Positions 19,260 to 28,022 of a stretch of 64,000 nt of DNA are shown here, piece after piece (within the stretch, counting starts at the first letter, position 1; each line of letters begins with the position of its first letter). Origin of the DNA: an uncultured bacterium. GTDB taxonomy: Bacteria > Patescibacteriota > Dojkabacteria > SC72. The position numbers and the translations under genes are program-made. The notes beneath the pieces were generated by a model that was not told where the DNA came from, ran no database searches, and saw only the letters and a program-made list of their open reading frames with translations. The stretch is taken from positions 36,687-100,686 of the forward strand of contig CAIVJR010000009.1 of NCBI GenBank assembly GCA_903906305.1, read 5' to 3'.

Positions 19260-20048
19260 TTAAAACCTTGCTATGAACTCCTGGGCTAATTTCTTGTAAG
19301 CCAGAGCTCCTGTGGATTTGTCGTCGTACTGGAATATGGTTTTACCATGGGATGGTGCTTCTGAAAGTCTAACATTTCGAGGTACTATGGATTTAAAGGC
19401 TGTATCTTTGAAGAAACTTAATACATCGTTAACTACACTTTCTGAAAGTTTGGTTCTACTGTCGTACATGGTCAATATGACGCCTCCAATTGTAAGATTG
19501 GGGTTTATACCTTTTATGAGCTTTGTTGTCTCTAAGAGCAACCCTAGCCCCTCTAGTGCGAAGTATTCACACTGTATGGGAATGAGAAGTTTGTCACATG
19601 CACTTAATGCATTGATTGTGAGTAATCCTAGTGAAGGAGGACAGTCAATGATGACATAGTCAAAGTCATCGACTAGTGTAGAAAGTGCTTTCTTAAGCAA
19701 CGTTTCTCTTGAGAGCATATTCACCATTTCTATTTCTGCCCCTGCAAGACTTAAGTGTGATGGTACCAAGAAAAGGTTAGGAGTAGAGGTAGATACAAAT
19801 ACAGTTGAAATTGGTACTTTGTTGACTAATACATCATATATATTTTTGTATGGTGGTTGGTCAGTAGATGTCCAGTTTGTTTTATCAAATTGTTGTGTAA
19901 ATCCCAATCCTGATGAGAGGTTGGCTTGTGGATCTAAATCAATGAGAAGTACTTTCTTCTTCTTGAGTGCAAGACTTGCTCCAAGATTCATTGCAGTAGT
20001 TGTTTTACCAACTCCTCCTTTTTGATTAGCTATAACGAATGTTTTCAT
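19260..20048 (-). CDS. parA: Chromosome partitioning ATPase ParA/Soj
   Basis: Deviant Walker A KGGVGKTT; ParA-family length; upstream of parB. Confidence 0.9.
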   Translation of the reverse strand: MKTFVIANQKGGVGKTTTAMNLGASLALKKKKVLLIDLDPQANLSSGLGFTQQFDKTNWTSTDQPPYKNIYDVLVNKVPISTVFVSTSTPNLFLVPSHLSLAGAEIEMVNMLSRETLLKKALSTLVDDFDYVIIDCPPSLGLLTINALSACDKLLIPIQCEYFALEGLGLLLETTKLIKGINPNLTIGGVILTMYDSRTKLSESVVNDVLSFFKDTAFKSIVPRNVRLSEAPSHGKTIFQYDDKSTGALAYKKLAQEFIARF

Positions 20049-20085
20049 ATGCTTCTTCTAATTTATCATGTTTCACACTCGCGGT

Positions 20086-20712
20086 CTAGAGGTTTGTATA
20101 TGTTTGATGTTGAGCAATTCTGAAGTTGCTAAAAGGGAAGTACACTATCCATGCTTTCCCCTTTATATTTGCTTTTTCAATTGGTCCAAATGATCTTGAA
20201 TCTGAGCTGTGTTGTCGATTATCTCCACAGGCAAAGTACTTTCCTTCAGGTACGGTTATGGTTTCTCCTTCATGGAGATATTCTCCACCATTGGAATATA
20301 CTGATGCATCCAAATATCCAGACTCATCTAATTCTGTTCCGTTCACGTATATATGTCCATCTTTAAGCATTACTTGATCTCCAGGTAAGCCAATTATTCT
20401 TTTGATGAAGTCTTGGGTATCTGAATATTTAAATATGATTACATCCCCTCGTTTTGGTTCTGAAAATTTGTATACCATCTTGTTGGCCATTAAGTATTCT
20501 CCATCTTTGTATGTTGGATACATAGAGCTTCCAATGACTTCATGGGGGGTCATTATGAAGAGGTAGAGTACAATGGAGATTACTAATGCAACGACTATTG
20601 TTTCTAGAAATGAGAGTAGGAATTGTCCTATGGATGTAAATGCTCCAGCTATTTTCTCTGTTCCAGTTACTTTTTGTTCTTCTGTTTCGTACATTATATG
20701 GCAGATATACAA
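20086..20712 (-). CDS. lepB: Signal peptidase I
   Basis: S26 motifs SSMYPT (catalytic Ser), KRIIGLPGD, GDNRQHSSDSR. Confidence 0.85.
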   Translation of the reverse strand: MYICHIMYETEEQKVTGTEKIAGAFTSIGQFLLSFLETIVVALVISIVLYLFIMTPHEVIGSSMYPTYKDGEYLMANKMVYKFSEPKRGDVIIFKYSDTQDFIKRIIGLPGDQVMLKDGHIYVNGTELDESGYLDASVYSNGGEYLHEGETITVPEGKYFACGDNRQHSSDSRSFGPIEKANIKGKAWIVYFPFSNFRIAQHQTYTNL

Positions 20713-20800
20713 TTTAATGTGTAGACTCTGAAATTGTACAATTTTTAGGGAGGTTTGACAAAGATTCTAATGAATATATTAAAATCTTGAAATGAGGAAG

Positions 20801-20873
20801 TACCGCTACGGGGGATCGAACCCCGGTTTACAGGATGAAAACCTGTTGTCCTAGACCACTAGACGATAGCGGC
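20801..20873 (-). tRNA. tRNA-Glu(TTC), CCA not encoded
   Basis: Reverse complement GCCGCTATCGTCTAGTGGTCTAGGACAACAGGTTTTCATCCTGTAAACCGGGGTTCGATCCCCCGTAGCGGTA; anticodon loop TTTTCAT. Confidence 0.7.
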
Positions 20874-20931
20874 ATAATTAACCAATATGGATTCTAACAA
20901 AATAATCTGTGTTTGTGAAGTAAGAAAGGCT

Positions 20932-21180
20932 TTACTTAGAATGTTGTCTTTCCTTCTCTAACTGTCTTAAGAGCTGTTGTTCTTCTGCAAATGTAGCTCT
21001 TTGATATTGGTTAAGTTCTTTGTCGAATACATATCGTCTTTTACATTTACACTCCACCATGAATCTGTTGTTTGAAAGATTCCCTAATCTTTTTGCATTC
21101 TCTAATGAATTAGTACAACCTACACAAAGCTTTCTTTCGAGCAAGACTGATTGAAAAGGTCTAATGATGAACTTGAACAT
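20932..21180 (-). CDS. Small Cys-rich (zinc-ribbon-like) hypothetical protein
   Basis: CVGC ... CKCK spacing; sits between two tRNAs; weak support. Confidence 0.3.
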   Translation of the reverse strand: MFKFIIRPFQSVLLERKLCVGCTNSLENAKRLGNLSNNRFMVECKCKRRYVFDKELNQYQRATFAEEQQLLRQLEKERQHSK

Positions 21181-21201
21181 GTGTTGTTAGTAATAAATAA
21201 G

Positions 21202-21287
21202 TGCCGGGGACAGGAGTTGAACCTGCAAGGGATATTACTCCCACCTGCTCCTAAGGCAGGCGCGTCTGCCAATTTCGCCACCTCGGC
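21202..21287 (-). tRNA. tRNA-Leu(TAG), long variable arm, CCA not encoded
   Basis: Reverse complement begins GCCGAGGTGGCGAAATTGGCAGACGCGCCTGCCTTAGGAGCAGG...; anticodon loop CTTAGGA; 86 nt class II tRNA. Confidence 0.7.
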
Positions 21288-21321
21288 ATATATACTTACA
21301 AGGGATATTCTACTAAAGATG

Positions 21322-21615
21322 TTAACTTTCTTCAATGTCACCAAATACTTTGCCATATACTTTCACAAATCCAGCTTCTTTGTGTTTAGCATTTCTCAAA
21401 ACCTCTTCTTGTGTTAATGACTCCTGGGGGACATCTTCTCTAAGTTCATCAAACTTAACATGAGCTTTCATAGGTTGAACACCATCAGTATTAACATCTT
21501 TAAGAAGAGTAACAGATTCAAGGATTGTTTCCATCTGTGGTGTAAACTTCTCTAACTCTTCAGGTGTAAGAGTAATTCTAGAAAGTTCTGCTGTATGTTT
21601 AACGTCTATTTTCAT
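21322..21615 (-). CDS. gatC: Asp/Glu-tRNA amidotransferase subunit C
   Basis: 97 aa, GatC-like (TPEELEKFTPQMETILESV...DGVQPM); overlaps the gatB stop by 4 nt. Confidence 0.75.
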   Translation of the reverse strand: MKIDVKHTAELSRITLTPEELEKFTPQMETILESVTLLKDVNTDGVQPMKAHVKFDELREDVPQESLTQEEVLRNAKHKEAGFVKVYGKVFGDIEES

Positions 21616-23081
21616 TTCAGTAATTCTATTAATATATTCTTAACATCATTAGGGTTAGATGCACCCTTAGTAGCCTGCATAACCTGACCAACTAAGAAAC
21701 CCATTGTAGCTTCCTTACCACCTTTGTAATCTGATACAGCCTTAGGATTGTTGTCTAATACCTGCTTTACAATATCTTGTATATTCCCGGCATTGTCCGA
21801 AGCACTCTTTTCAAACATATCTAATTCATCAGAAATATCTTTGTTGTTTGAAATACAATCTTTTAACATTTCCTCAGCCTTGCCTTTAGTAATCTTTCCT
21901 TCTTTAAACTTCATAATTAACAATGAAAGATCATTCATATCTATTTCTTTGTCTCCTTCTAATGCAAATACTGTACCCATTAACCAGTTAGCTGCTTCCT
22001 GTGCAGCAATCTTAGCTTCTAATTTTTCAAAGAGTAGGGTTTGTAATTTTTCAAAGTAGGAAGCATCTTTTCTAGAAGCAGATATTACTTCTGCAGCATA
22101 CTGAGAAATACCCCAATCATTCATATATCTAGTTATCTTCTCATGCGGTAATTCCACTAATTCAGATTTAATTCTTTCAATATCATCATTAGAAACTTCA
22201 ATAACTGGGATATCAGGTTCAGGCATATATCGGTAGTCATCTGCAGTTTCCTTAGATCTTTGGAATTCTGTTATATTCTTGTTTGCGTTCCAACCTCTGG
22301 TTTGCTGTATTGGTTTCCTACCTTCTCCAAGTTCTTTGGTTAATCTTTCTACTTCAAATTCAATGGCTTTTTCAACGGCCGTAATGGAACCAATATTCTT
22401 AACTTCTACCTTTGGATTTAATTCGTAGTCTCCAATTGGTAATATCTTTCCATCTTTCTCTTCCCATCGACCTTTCTCTTGTATGGAAATATTTGGTTCA
22501 CATCTCATTTGACCCTTTTCCATATCTGCGTCAGAGATATTCAAATATCTAGCTATCTGTCTTATCTGTGTTGCAAAATCTTTCGCATCCTTAGCTGTTC
22601 TAATACATGGTTTTGTAACAATTTCGATTAGTGGAACTCCTGATTTGTTGTAGTCAATTAAGGAATAGTCGCTTTCTGATGTTGAGGTGTGATGTGTTGA
22701 TTTCGCGACATCTTCTTCCTGGTGTATTCTTTCAATCTTTACTTCAAAACCATTTGGCAATGTAACTGATCCATCTGAACAGATTGGATTTTTGTACTGA
22801 CTAATCTGATATCCTTTTGGTAAATCGGGGTAGAAGTAGTGTTTTCGGTCAAAGTAAATTTCATTAGCAATGGTGCAGTCGGTAGCCAATCCCATTAACA
22901 TACATAACTCGATAGCTCTTTTGTTTGGAACTGGTAATGCACCAGGTAATCCCATACATACTGGGCATACATGTGAGTTTGGTTCTTTCTGGAAGTATCC
23001 AGTAGGGCATGTGCAAAACATTTTTGAATTGGTTTTGGTCTGGACATGTATTTCTAGACCAATTATTGTGTCATATTCCAT
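21612..23081 (-). CDS. gatB: Asp/Glu-tRNA amidotransferase subunit B
   Basis: N-terminal IGLEIHVQ...KMFCTCPT and C-terminal GatB/YqeY domain. Confidence 0.9.
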   Translation of the reverse strand: MEYDTIIGLEIHVQTKTNSKMFCTCPTGYFQKEPNSHVCPVCMGLPGALPVPNKRAIELCMLMGLATDCTIANEIYFDRKHYFYPDLPKGYQISQYKNPICSDGSVTLPNGFEVKIERIHQEEDVAKSTHHTSTSESDYSLIDYNKSGVPLIEIVTKPCIRTAKDAKDFATQIRQIARYLNISDADMEKGQMRCEPNISIQEKGRWEEKDGKILPIGDYELNPKVEVKNIGSITAVEKAIEFEVERLTKELGEGRKPIQQTRGWNANKNITEFQRSKETADDYRYMPEPDIPVIEVSNDDIERIKSELVELPHEKITRYMNDWGISQYAAEVISASRKDASYFEKLQTLLFEKLEAKIAAQEAANWLMGTVFALEGDKEIDMNDLSLLIMKFKEGKITKGKAEEMLKDCISNNKDISDELDMFEKSASDNAGNIQDIVKQVLDNNPKAVSDYKGGKEATMGFLVGQVMQATKGASNPNDVKNILIELLK

Positions 23082-23101
23082 AGTCAGTAATGTTACCAGC
23101 T

Positions 23102-24181
23102 TTATGCTATTTCATCAAGGAAAACATCTCCTTCTGATGATTCTTTTGCTGAGATGTAATATGTTCCTCTTCCTTGTCCTTTGGCTTTGATATATCCCTT
23201 TTCCACCATGTCCTGAAGGTCTCTGTATGAGGTCATGAATGATATCCCCATCATCTTAGTATATTTGTTCCTTGCTACCTTAAAGTTTACTGCAAGGTAA
23301 TCCAACAGTTTTATCTGTCTTGGATTGAGTAATACCTCTATAGCTCCTTGGTTTCTTACCTTTTTGATATGTGTTTCTTTGTATTCCTTTGAGACTTCAA
23401 TTGCACAGTATGACATTGCATACAGGAATGCTTCCAAGAACATTGTCAGATCGTGTTTACCTTTGGAGAGTTTGAATGCTGATGTTAGATCTTCACCAAT
23501 GTATTCTAATGCTTTGGCATATGGGAATATGTTGTCTGGGTTGTAACCATAGTTCTTTGCCAATATTTCTAATGTTAGGATTGCGGTCATCTGATTTCCT
23601 GCTAGGAATGGTGCTTTGTCTATGAACTCGTAGAGTAATATCCCCAGCTTTATGAGGAAGTGGTTGTGATCTTTTCCATTTTTAACCCATTCAAATACGT
23701 CATTGAAGTAGTCATGTGGATCTACATTTGGGTAGAAGTCTCTGAATTTGTACCATGTGTCATATATTTCGTTTGGTTTTTCACTAAATCCTCTTAGTTT
23801 GGCTAAATCCCAATCATCAGCAATATTCTTCATCAATATCTTGTTGATGTGTGTACTTAACTCTATGGATGGTTTTAATGCGTTAGTTAATCCATATGAG
23901 TTTATGAAGTCTTTTACGTTTCTGAAGTTTGTGAATATTTTAAGATTTTTTCTTTGTGATGGTTGTTCTTGTCCTCTTTGTATTTGTAATGCTTTGTTGT
24001 AACCTACTGGATATCCAATTATCTCTCCAAGTTTTTCTGTGTCTTCTGCATCATATTTCTCATGTAGTACTGATTTGTATTTTTCTGGTAATGGGTAGTG
24101 ATTTATATCTGCTACAGCTAACTCATATTTGATGAGGTAATTGAGTATGAGGCTTGTTATTGTGTATTGTGGTGTTTTCAT
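23102..24181 (-). CDS. Fic/Doc-family-like protein with a degenerate Fic motif and C-terminal winged helix (the track ORF extends to 24259 through a TTG start across tRNA-Thr; trimmed to the first ATG)
   Basis: APFLAGNQMTAI occupies the position of HPFx[DE]GNGRxxR, so the catalytic His and the Gly-Arg are replaced; C-terminal HTH-like segment (YTKMMGISFMTSYRDLQDMVEKGYI). Confidence 0.45.
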   Translation of the reverse strand: MKTPQYTITSLILNYLIKYELAVADINHYPLPEKYKSVLHEKYDAEDTEKLGEIIGYPVGYNKALQIQRGQEQPSQRKNLKIFTNFRNVKDFINSYGLTNALKPSIELSTHINKILMKNIADDWDLAKLRGFSEKPNEIYDTWYKFRDFYPNVDPHDYFNDVFEWVKNGKDHNHFLIKLGILLYEFIDKAPFLAGNQMTAILTLEILAKNYGYNPDNIFPYAKALEYIGEDLTSAFKLSKGKHDLTMFLEAFLYAMSYCAIEVSKEYKETHIKKVRNQGAIEVLLNPRQIKLLDYLAVNFKVARNKYTKMMGISFMTSYRDLQDMVEKGYIKAKGQGRGTYYISAKESSEGDVFLDEIA

Positions 24182-24201
24182 TTGTTTATATATATTTAAC
24201 A

Positions 24202-24274
24202 AGCTAATGGGTGGCCTCGAACCACCGACCTTTCCCTTACGAAGGGATTGCTCTACCAACTGAGCTACATCAGC
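24202..24274 (-). tRNA. tRNA-Thr(CGT), CCA not encoded
   Basis: Reverse complement GCTGATGTAGCTCAGTTGGTAGAGCAATCCCTTCGTAAGGGAAAGGTCGGTGGTTCGAGGCCACCCATTAGCT; anticodon loop TTCGTAA. Confidence 0.75.
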
Positions 24275-24404
24275 TTAATGTAACGATATTGTAACAAAGA
24301 GGGGGAGGGAAAACAAATTGAAAAGTGACTATAGGGTTGGTATAATCTTAACGGATTAAAAGCCGTGGGCTTTTAGCAAAATTGTTCTTTAGAAGGGAGC
24401 GGGA

Positions 24405-24800
24405 ATGGAAGAAATTCGCAAGACGATTAAAATTGCTTCGCCTGTTACAGGGCAACAAATTCTTGAAGCAATTGAAAATATTGCTAAAAGAAAACTGGCA
24501 ACATTGATCAAGCGCAAAACGATTCTCATAGACGAAAAACAGGGCTATACTGTTGGTCTTGAATTTTTGCCTGCAGATTATGTGATGTGGCTTGTGATTG
24601 GGCATGGTCCCGTTGCGGATCGAACTTTGTTTCTGGAGGAATCATATTCTAAACTTTTTCTGCGTACGGAAAAGAACTTAGAATACAGACCATCGGATGA
24701 AGTCTATCAGCAACGATTTGGGATTGCTCAGGAATCAATCCAGGGCTTAATGACCAAATTTGTTGGAGAATTGGAGAAACTTCTTCTTCCAAAACCCTAA
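24405..24800 (+). CDS. Hypothetical protein (131 aa) with a strong Shine-Dalgarno site; part of the compositional island
   Basis: GGGAG 6 nt upstream of the ATG; GC-richer codon usage than the flanks; followed by a clean intrinsic terminator. Confidence 0.45.
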   Translation: MEEIRKTIKIASPVTGQQILEAIENIAKRKLATLIKRKTILIDEKQGYTVGLEFLPADYVMWLVIGHGPVADRTLFLEESYSKLFLRTEKNLEYRPSDEVYQQRFGIAQESIQGLMTKFVGELEKLLLPKP

Positions 24801-24807
24801 AGAACAA

Positions 24808-24848
24808 AACGGCCTGCTGGCACAACCAAGTGCCAGTGGCCGTTTTTT
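24808..24848. terminator. Bidirectional rho-independent terminator (ACGGCC-TG-CTGGCAC / loop AACCAA / GTGCCAG-T-GGCCGT, then T6; A/T runs on both sides)
   Basis: Perfect 7+6 bp interrupted stem read directly; 8 nt after the 24405..24800 stop and 8 nt after the convergent DUF1048 gene stop. Confidence 0.7.
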
Positions 24849-24855
24849 CTTATAC

Positions 24856-25197
24856 CTACTTCCCTAACTTCTTCATAATATCGTTGTTAAGTTTGTTCTT
24901 CCAAGACTCAGTAGCATGGAAAAGCTCATCACAAAATGCAGCAACATCCTTACCCGTAACATCAAGTACATTCTTGTTGTTCTTAACACCCTCTTCGAAT
25001 AGTCCAAGAAGATCTTCTAAGGTACTAAAGTCTCCCATATCATTCTCTGCTTCAAATCTCCATAGATTCCACATATAGTTTTTAATTTCTTCATATACTA
25101 TTTGGTAGTCCTTAGGCATTGCTTTAGCCCTTACCTCTAATTTCTTCCATTCCTTTTTCTGTTCCCAACCGGTTATCTTTATTAAAAAGTTTTTCAT
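24856..25197 (-). CDS. DUF1048-family protein (the usual partner of PadR regulators)
   Basis: 113 aa, N-terminal MKNFLIKITGWEQKKEWKKLE... typical of DUF1048; 4 nt downstream of PadR on the same strand. Confidence 0.55.
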   Translation of the reverse strand: MKNFLIKITGWEQKKEWKKLEVRAKAMPKDYQIVYEEIKNYMWNLWRFEAENDMGDFSTLEDLLGLFEEGVKNNKNVLDVTGKDVAAFCDELFHATESWKNKLNNDIMKKLGK

Positions 25198-25201
25198 TAT
25201 G

Positions 25202-25501
25202 TTATTTCTTTAATTTATTTATTTTTGATTCTACAAAGTTCCATCTATCCCAGAAGAGTTGTAATTGAATACGTCCAGCATCATTAAGGCTGTAAAACTT
25301 TCTTGCTGGTCCCATATCTGATGGTCTTTTGGTTATATCTACTAAATTATTTTTTTCTAACCTAAGTAAAATGGTATATACAGTTCCTTCAACTACATCT
25401 GTAAAACCAAGTTCATTTAGTTTGTTGGTTATTTCATATCCATAGGTTTCTCCTTGGCTTATGATTTTTAATACACAGCCTTCGAGTACACCTTTTAGCA
25501 T
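25202..25501 (-). CDS. PadR-family transcriptional regulator
   Basis: Winged-helix GETYGYEI...EGTVYTILLRLEKNNLV, the classic PadR signature; 99 aa. Confidence 0.85.
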   Translation of the reverse strand: MLKGVLEGCVLKIISQGETYGYEITNKLNELGFTDVVEGTVYTILLRLEKNNLVDITKRPSDMGPARKFYSLNDAGRIQLQLFWDRWNFVESKINKLKK

Positions 25502-25549
25502 TTCTGTTAAGTTTTCCGTAATATTCCTCCGTTTAAATTTAGTACTTCG

Positions 25550-25563
25550 TAATACGTATTACA
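25550..25563. promoter_or_regulatory. Perfect 14-bp palindrome GTAATACGTATTAC about 50 nt upstream of PadR; candidate autoregulatory operator
   Basis: Read directly from the sequence; PadR regulators bind dyad-symmetric operators in their own promoters. Confidence 0.3.
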
Positions 25564-25705
25564 GGTATATAGTAGTACGTAGTAGCGAGAATGTCAAGAA
25601 GATGAAAATGGGGGGATAACTTTATAGGGATTTTGTATTTGTTACCGTCCTTGTGGTTTGTTTAAGCTTTCGCTTATTAACCACAAGGACACTTGCTGAA
25701 CTCAA

Positions 25706-26437
25706 CTAATTTCTAGTATCAGATTTTGGACGAAATGCATGCGGAATTGCTTCATTAACAAAAAGGAATCTTTTGGGTTTTCGGCAGGCTAAGGCGCTTT
25801 TTTGTTTGGAATTATCGGGATTCGTAATGCTTTTTACTTTGAATGAACCTGTATCGTATTCAACCTTTCTGGCGTAGCAAGAGGTTTTATTTGGATCTCT
25901 ATATAAAATATATACCTTTTTATCTTCGTACATGATCCATAAAAATCCTGAAACTCCAGAGTCTTCAATCTTTGGGAGGTTGTTTAATAACCGTTCTTTT
26001 TCTTCATACTTTATTAACCAACCTTCCGTTACTTGTCCGCCTTGGTCATTAACTATTGCTAATTCACTTCGGAAAAGAACAACACTATCAAATTTTCCTG
26101 GAACTCGGATTGGTTTTGTTTTTTCTCGAATCAATGCCGCAACTAGTTTTGGATACTTGAGTGCATGGCCAATATGAGGTTGTTCTGATCCATGGTCAAA
26201 CTTGTTCTCGCGAATATAAAACAAAGCTTTTGCTGTTTTAAAACGGGGATTGTAATTTTTGAGGATTACAAAACAATTTGCGCTGAAAATAAGAATCTTA
26301 CCTTTAGGGTCGTTTTCAACGGTTGCCATCCCATCTACAGAGGGGAAGTATGAATCTGTTAAAATCAGCTCCTCTCCTCCTCCAATCTCGTACAAAATGA
26401 TTGATGAATCGAATCTATCTTTCTGTATCAGTCTCAT
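25706..26437 (-). CDS. Hypothetical protein (about 243 aa); the track ORF extends to 26464, but an internal ATG at 26437 is preceded by AAGGAG; part of the compositional island
   Basis: Strong SD AAGGAG with a 6-nt spacer; GC-richer than the flanks; no recognisable motif. Confidence 0.45.
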   Translation of the reverse strand: MRLIQKDRFDSSIILYEIGGGEELILTDSYFPSVDGMATVENDPKGKILIFSANCFVILKNYNPRFKTAKALFYIRENKFDHGSEQPHIGHALKYPKLVAALIREKTKPIRVPGKFDSVVLFRSELAIVNDQGGQVTEGWLIKYEEKERLLNNLPKIEDSGVSGFLWIMYEDKKVYILYRDPNKTSCYARKVEYDTGSFKVKSITNPDNSKQKSALACRKPKRFLFVNEAIPHAFRPKSDTRN

Positions 26438-26639
26438 ATGAAGCTCCTTTTGCTTAGTACTCACTCATTGTTTTGCTATGAATGGCTATATACTAACTAA
26501 TATATATAATTAGCATAGGGCCATCCACAGCTACTAGAAATTGTTAAAGATCTTAAGCTATTAAAAATATATAGATATTACGAAATAGCTATTCAGCATA
26601 AGGATTATATCACCGTAAGAAGGAAATAACTATGGGGTG

Positions 26640-26715
26640 TGGAGCGAGAGACGAGATTCGAACTCGCGACATTCTCCTTGGGAAGGAGACATTCTACCAA
26701 CTGAATTACTCTCGC
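26640..26715 (-). tRNA. tRNA-Gly(CCC), CCA encoded
   Basis: Reverse complement GCGAGAGTAATTCAGTTGGTAGAATGTCTCCTTCCCAAGGAGAATGTCGCGAGTTCGAATCTCGTCTCTCGCTCCA; anticodon loop TTCCCAA. Confidence 0.75.
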
Positions 26716-26787
26716 ATAATATTGTTATTCTACAAATAAAAAGGGACTATTTCTAGTCCCTTTCTTAAATCAATATTAATCTATTGG

Positions 26788-27156
26788 TTATTTAGACCAC
26801 TCAGTCTTAACAATGTCCCAATCACCTCTTAATTGATTACCTAATTTCTTAGCAGCTTCTGCAGTTACAGTACCATCCTTTTTAATCTCTTCTACAACCT
26901 CTGTTACCAATCCCATATACTTAGATTCATCAATCTTAGAACCGGCTTTCTTAAGTGCATCTAACTTTTTTTCTAACATCTTCTTTGTAGCTTCATACAT
27001 ATCTACAGCTTTCTCTGTATATTCCTTAGCTAGTTTCTTTAAATCTTCCTGTGTTTCTTTACCAGATTTGGGTGCTAAAAGAATACCGGCTGCAGCTCCA
27101 GCTATAGCTCCAATGAATAGTCCCTTAAAAAATGAAAATGTTTTTCCTTCGTCCAT
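26788..27156 (-). CDS. YtxH-like (DUF948) membrane-anchored protein
   Basis: N-terminal GLFIGAIAGAAAGILLAPKSGKETQEDL followed by coiled-coil; 122 aa. Confidence 0.55.
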   Translation of the reverse strand: MDEGKTFSFFKGLFIGAIAGAAAGILLAPKSGKETQEDLKKLAKEYTEKAVDMYEATKKMLEKKLDALKKAGSKIDESKYMGLVTEVVEEIKKDGTVTAEAAKKLGNQLRGDWDIVKTEWSK

Positions 27157-27294
27157 GATAGTTACAAAGTAAAATTATATATATCTCCATATTAGCCCAA
27201 GGAGGAAAAAATATCTACTTTTTCTGTTTAGTCATTTTAACAATGAGGTATGCAATGACTAAAAGTAACAAAGGGGTTACAACTGCTACTAAGA

Positions 27295-27972
27295 TTGTTC
27301 CAAAAGAGATTGTGTTCATGGATATATGGTAACATAATGGATATGGTATATCCAACATTAGATTTAGAAAAGAAACTTTGGAAAAAAGGTTTTAAAATTG
27401 TAGTAGGTATTGATGAGGCAGGAAGAGGACCCTTAGCTGGTCCTGTGGTTGCTGGTTGTGTATGTGTTACTTCTAAAGATCAGGTTGTAGAGATTGTTAG
27501 GGATAGTAAGAAGATGACCGAGAGGCAGAGGAATGAAGCATTTGATCTCATTATTCAAAAATCTCAAGGATATGGTGTAGGTATAGTTGATGCAAAGCGC
27601 ATAGACAAGGTTGGAATTAGACAGGCTGTGTTAGAAGCTATGACTAAGGCTGTGGAAGAGACTGAGAAGATGTTAAAACAGAGAGCTGAATATATTATTG
27701 CGGATGGGGGGATCATGTTAATTGATGGGTACAAGATGGAGAGCATAAACAAGGGGGATTTAAATCACTATTCCATAGCTGCAGGATCTGTATTAGCTAA
27801 GGTTACTAGAGACAGGATTATGAATCAGTATGCTAATCAATTTCCTAAATATGGGTTTGAGAAACATGTGGGATACGGTACTAAATTACATATGGATATG
27901 ATTAAGAAATATGGGGCGTGTGAGATACATAGGATGAGTTTTGCCCCGTTTAACAGTAAACCTATTGACTAG
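27295..27972 (+). CDS. rnhB: Ribonuclease HII (true start may be an internal Met, e.g. at 27337)
   Basis: VVGIDEAGRGPLAGPVVAGCV catalytic DEAGRG motif. Confidence 0.85.
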   Translation: MFQKRLCSWIYGNIMDMVYPTLDLEKKLWKKGFKIVVGIDEAGRGPLAGPVVAGCVCVTSKDQVVEIVRDSKKMTERQRNEAFDLIIQKSQGYGVGIVDAKRIDKVGIRQAVLEAMTKAVEETEKMLKQRAEYIIADGGIMLIDGYKMESINKGDLNHYSIAAGSVLAKVTRDRIMNQYANQFPKYGFEKHVGYGTKLHMDMIKKYGACEIHRMSFAPFNSKPID

Positions 27973-28022
27973 TATTATGGGACGAGATAATATTTAGTAT
28001 CCTTATTTTATAAATAACTTTT

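Noticed and set aside
21120-21417. ORFs 21120..21356 (-) and 21151..21417 (+)
   Set aside because: Both overlap tRNA-Leu(TAG) and the gatC 3' end; no independent support.
24182-24259. N-terminal extension of the 23102..24259 ORF (MVEQSLRKGKVGGSRPPIS...)
   Set aside because: It begins at a TTG inside tRNA-Thr and translates the tRNA sequence; the CDS was trimmed to the first ATG at 24181.
24275-24400. att-site direct repeat of the tRNA-Gly(CCC) 3' end at the far side of the island
   Set aside because: Looked for a copy of the tRNA 3' half (GAGCGAGAGACGAGATTCGAAC-like) near tRNA-Thr and found none, so a precise integration scar cannot be shown from the sequence.
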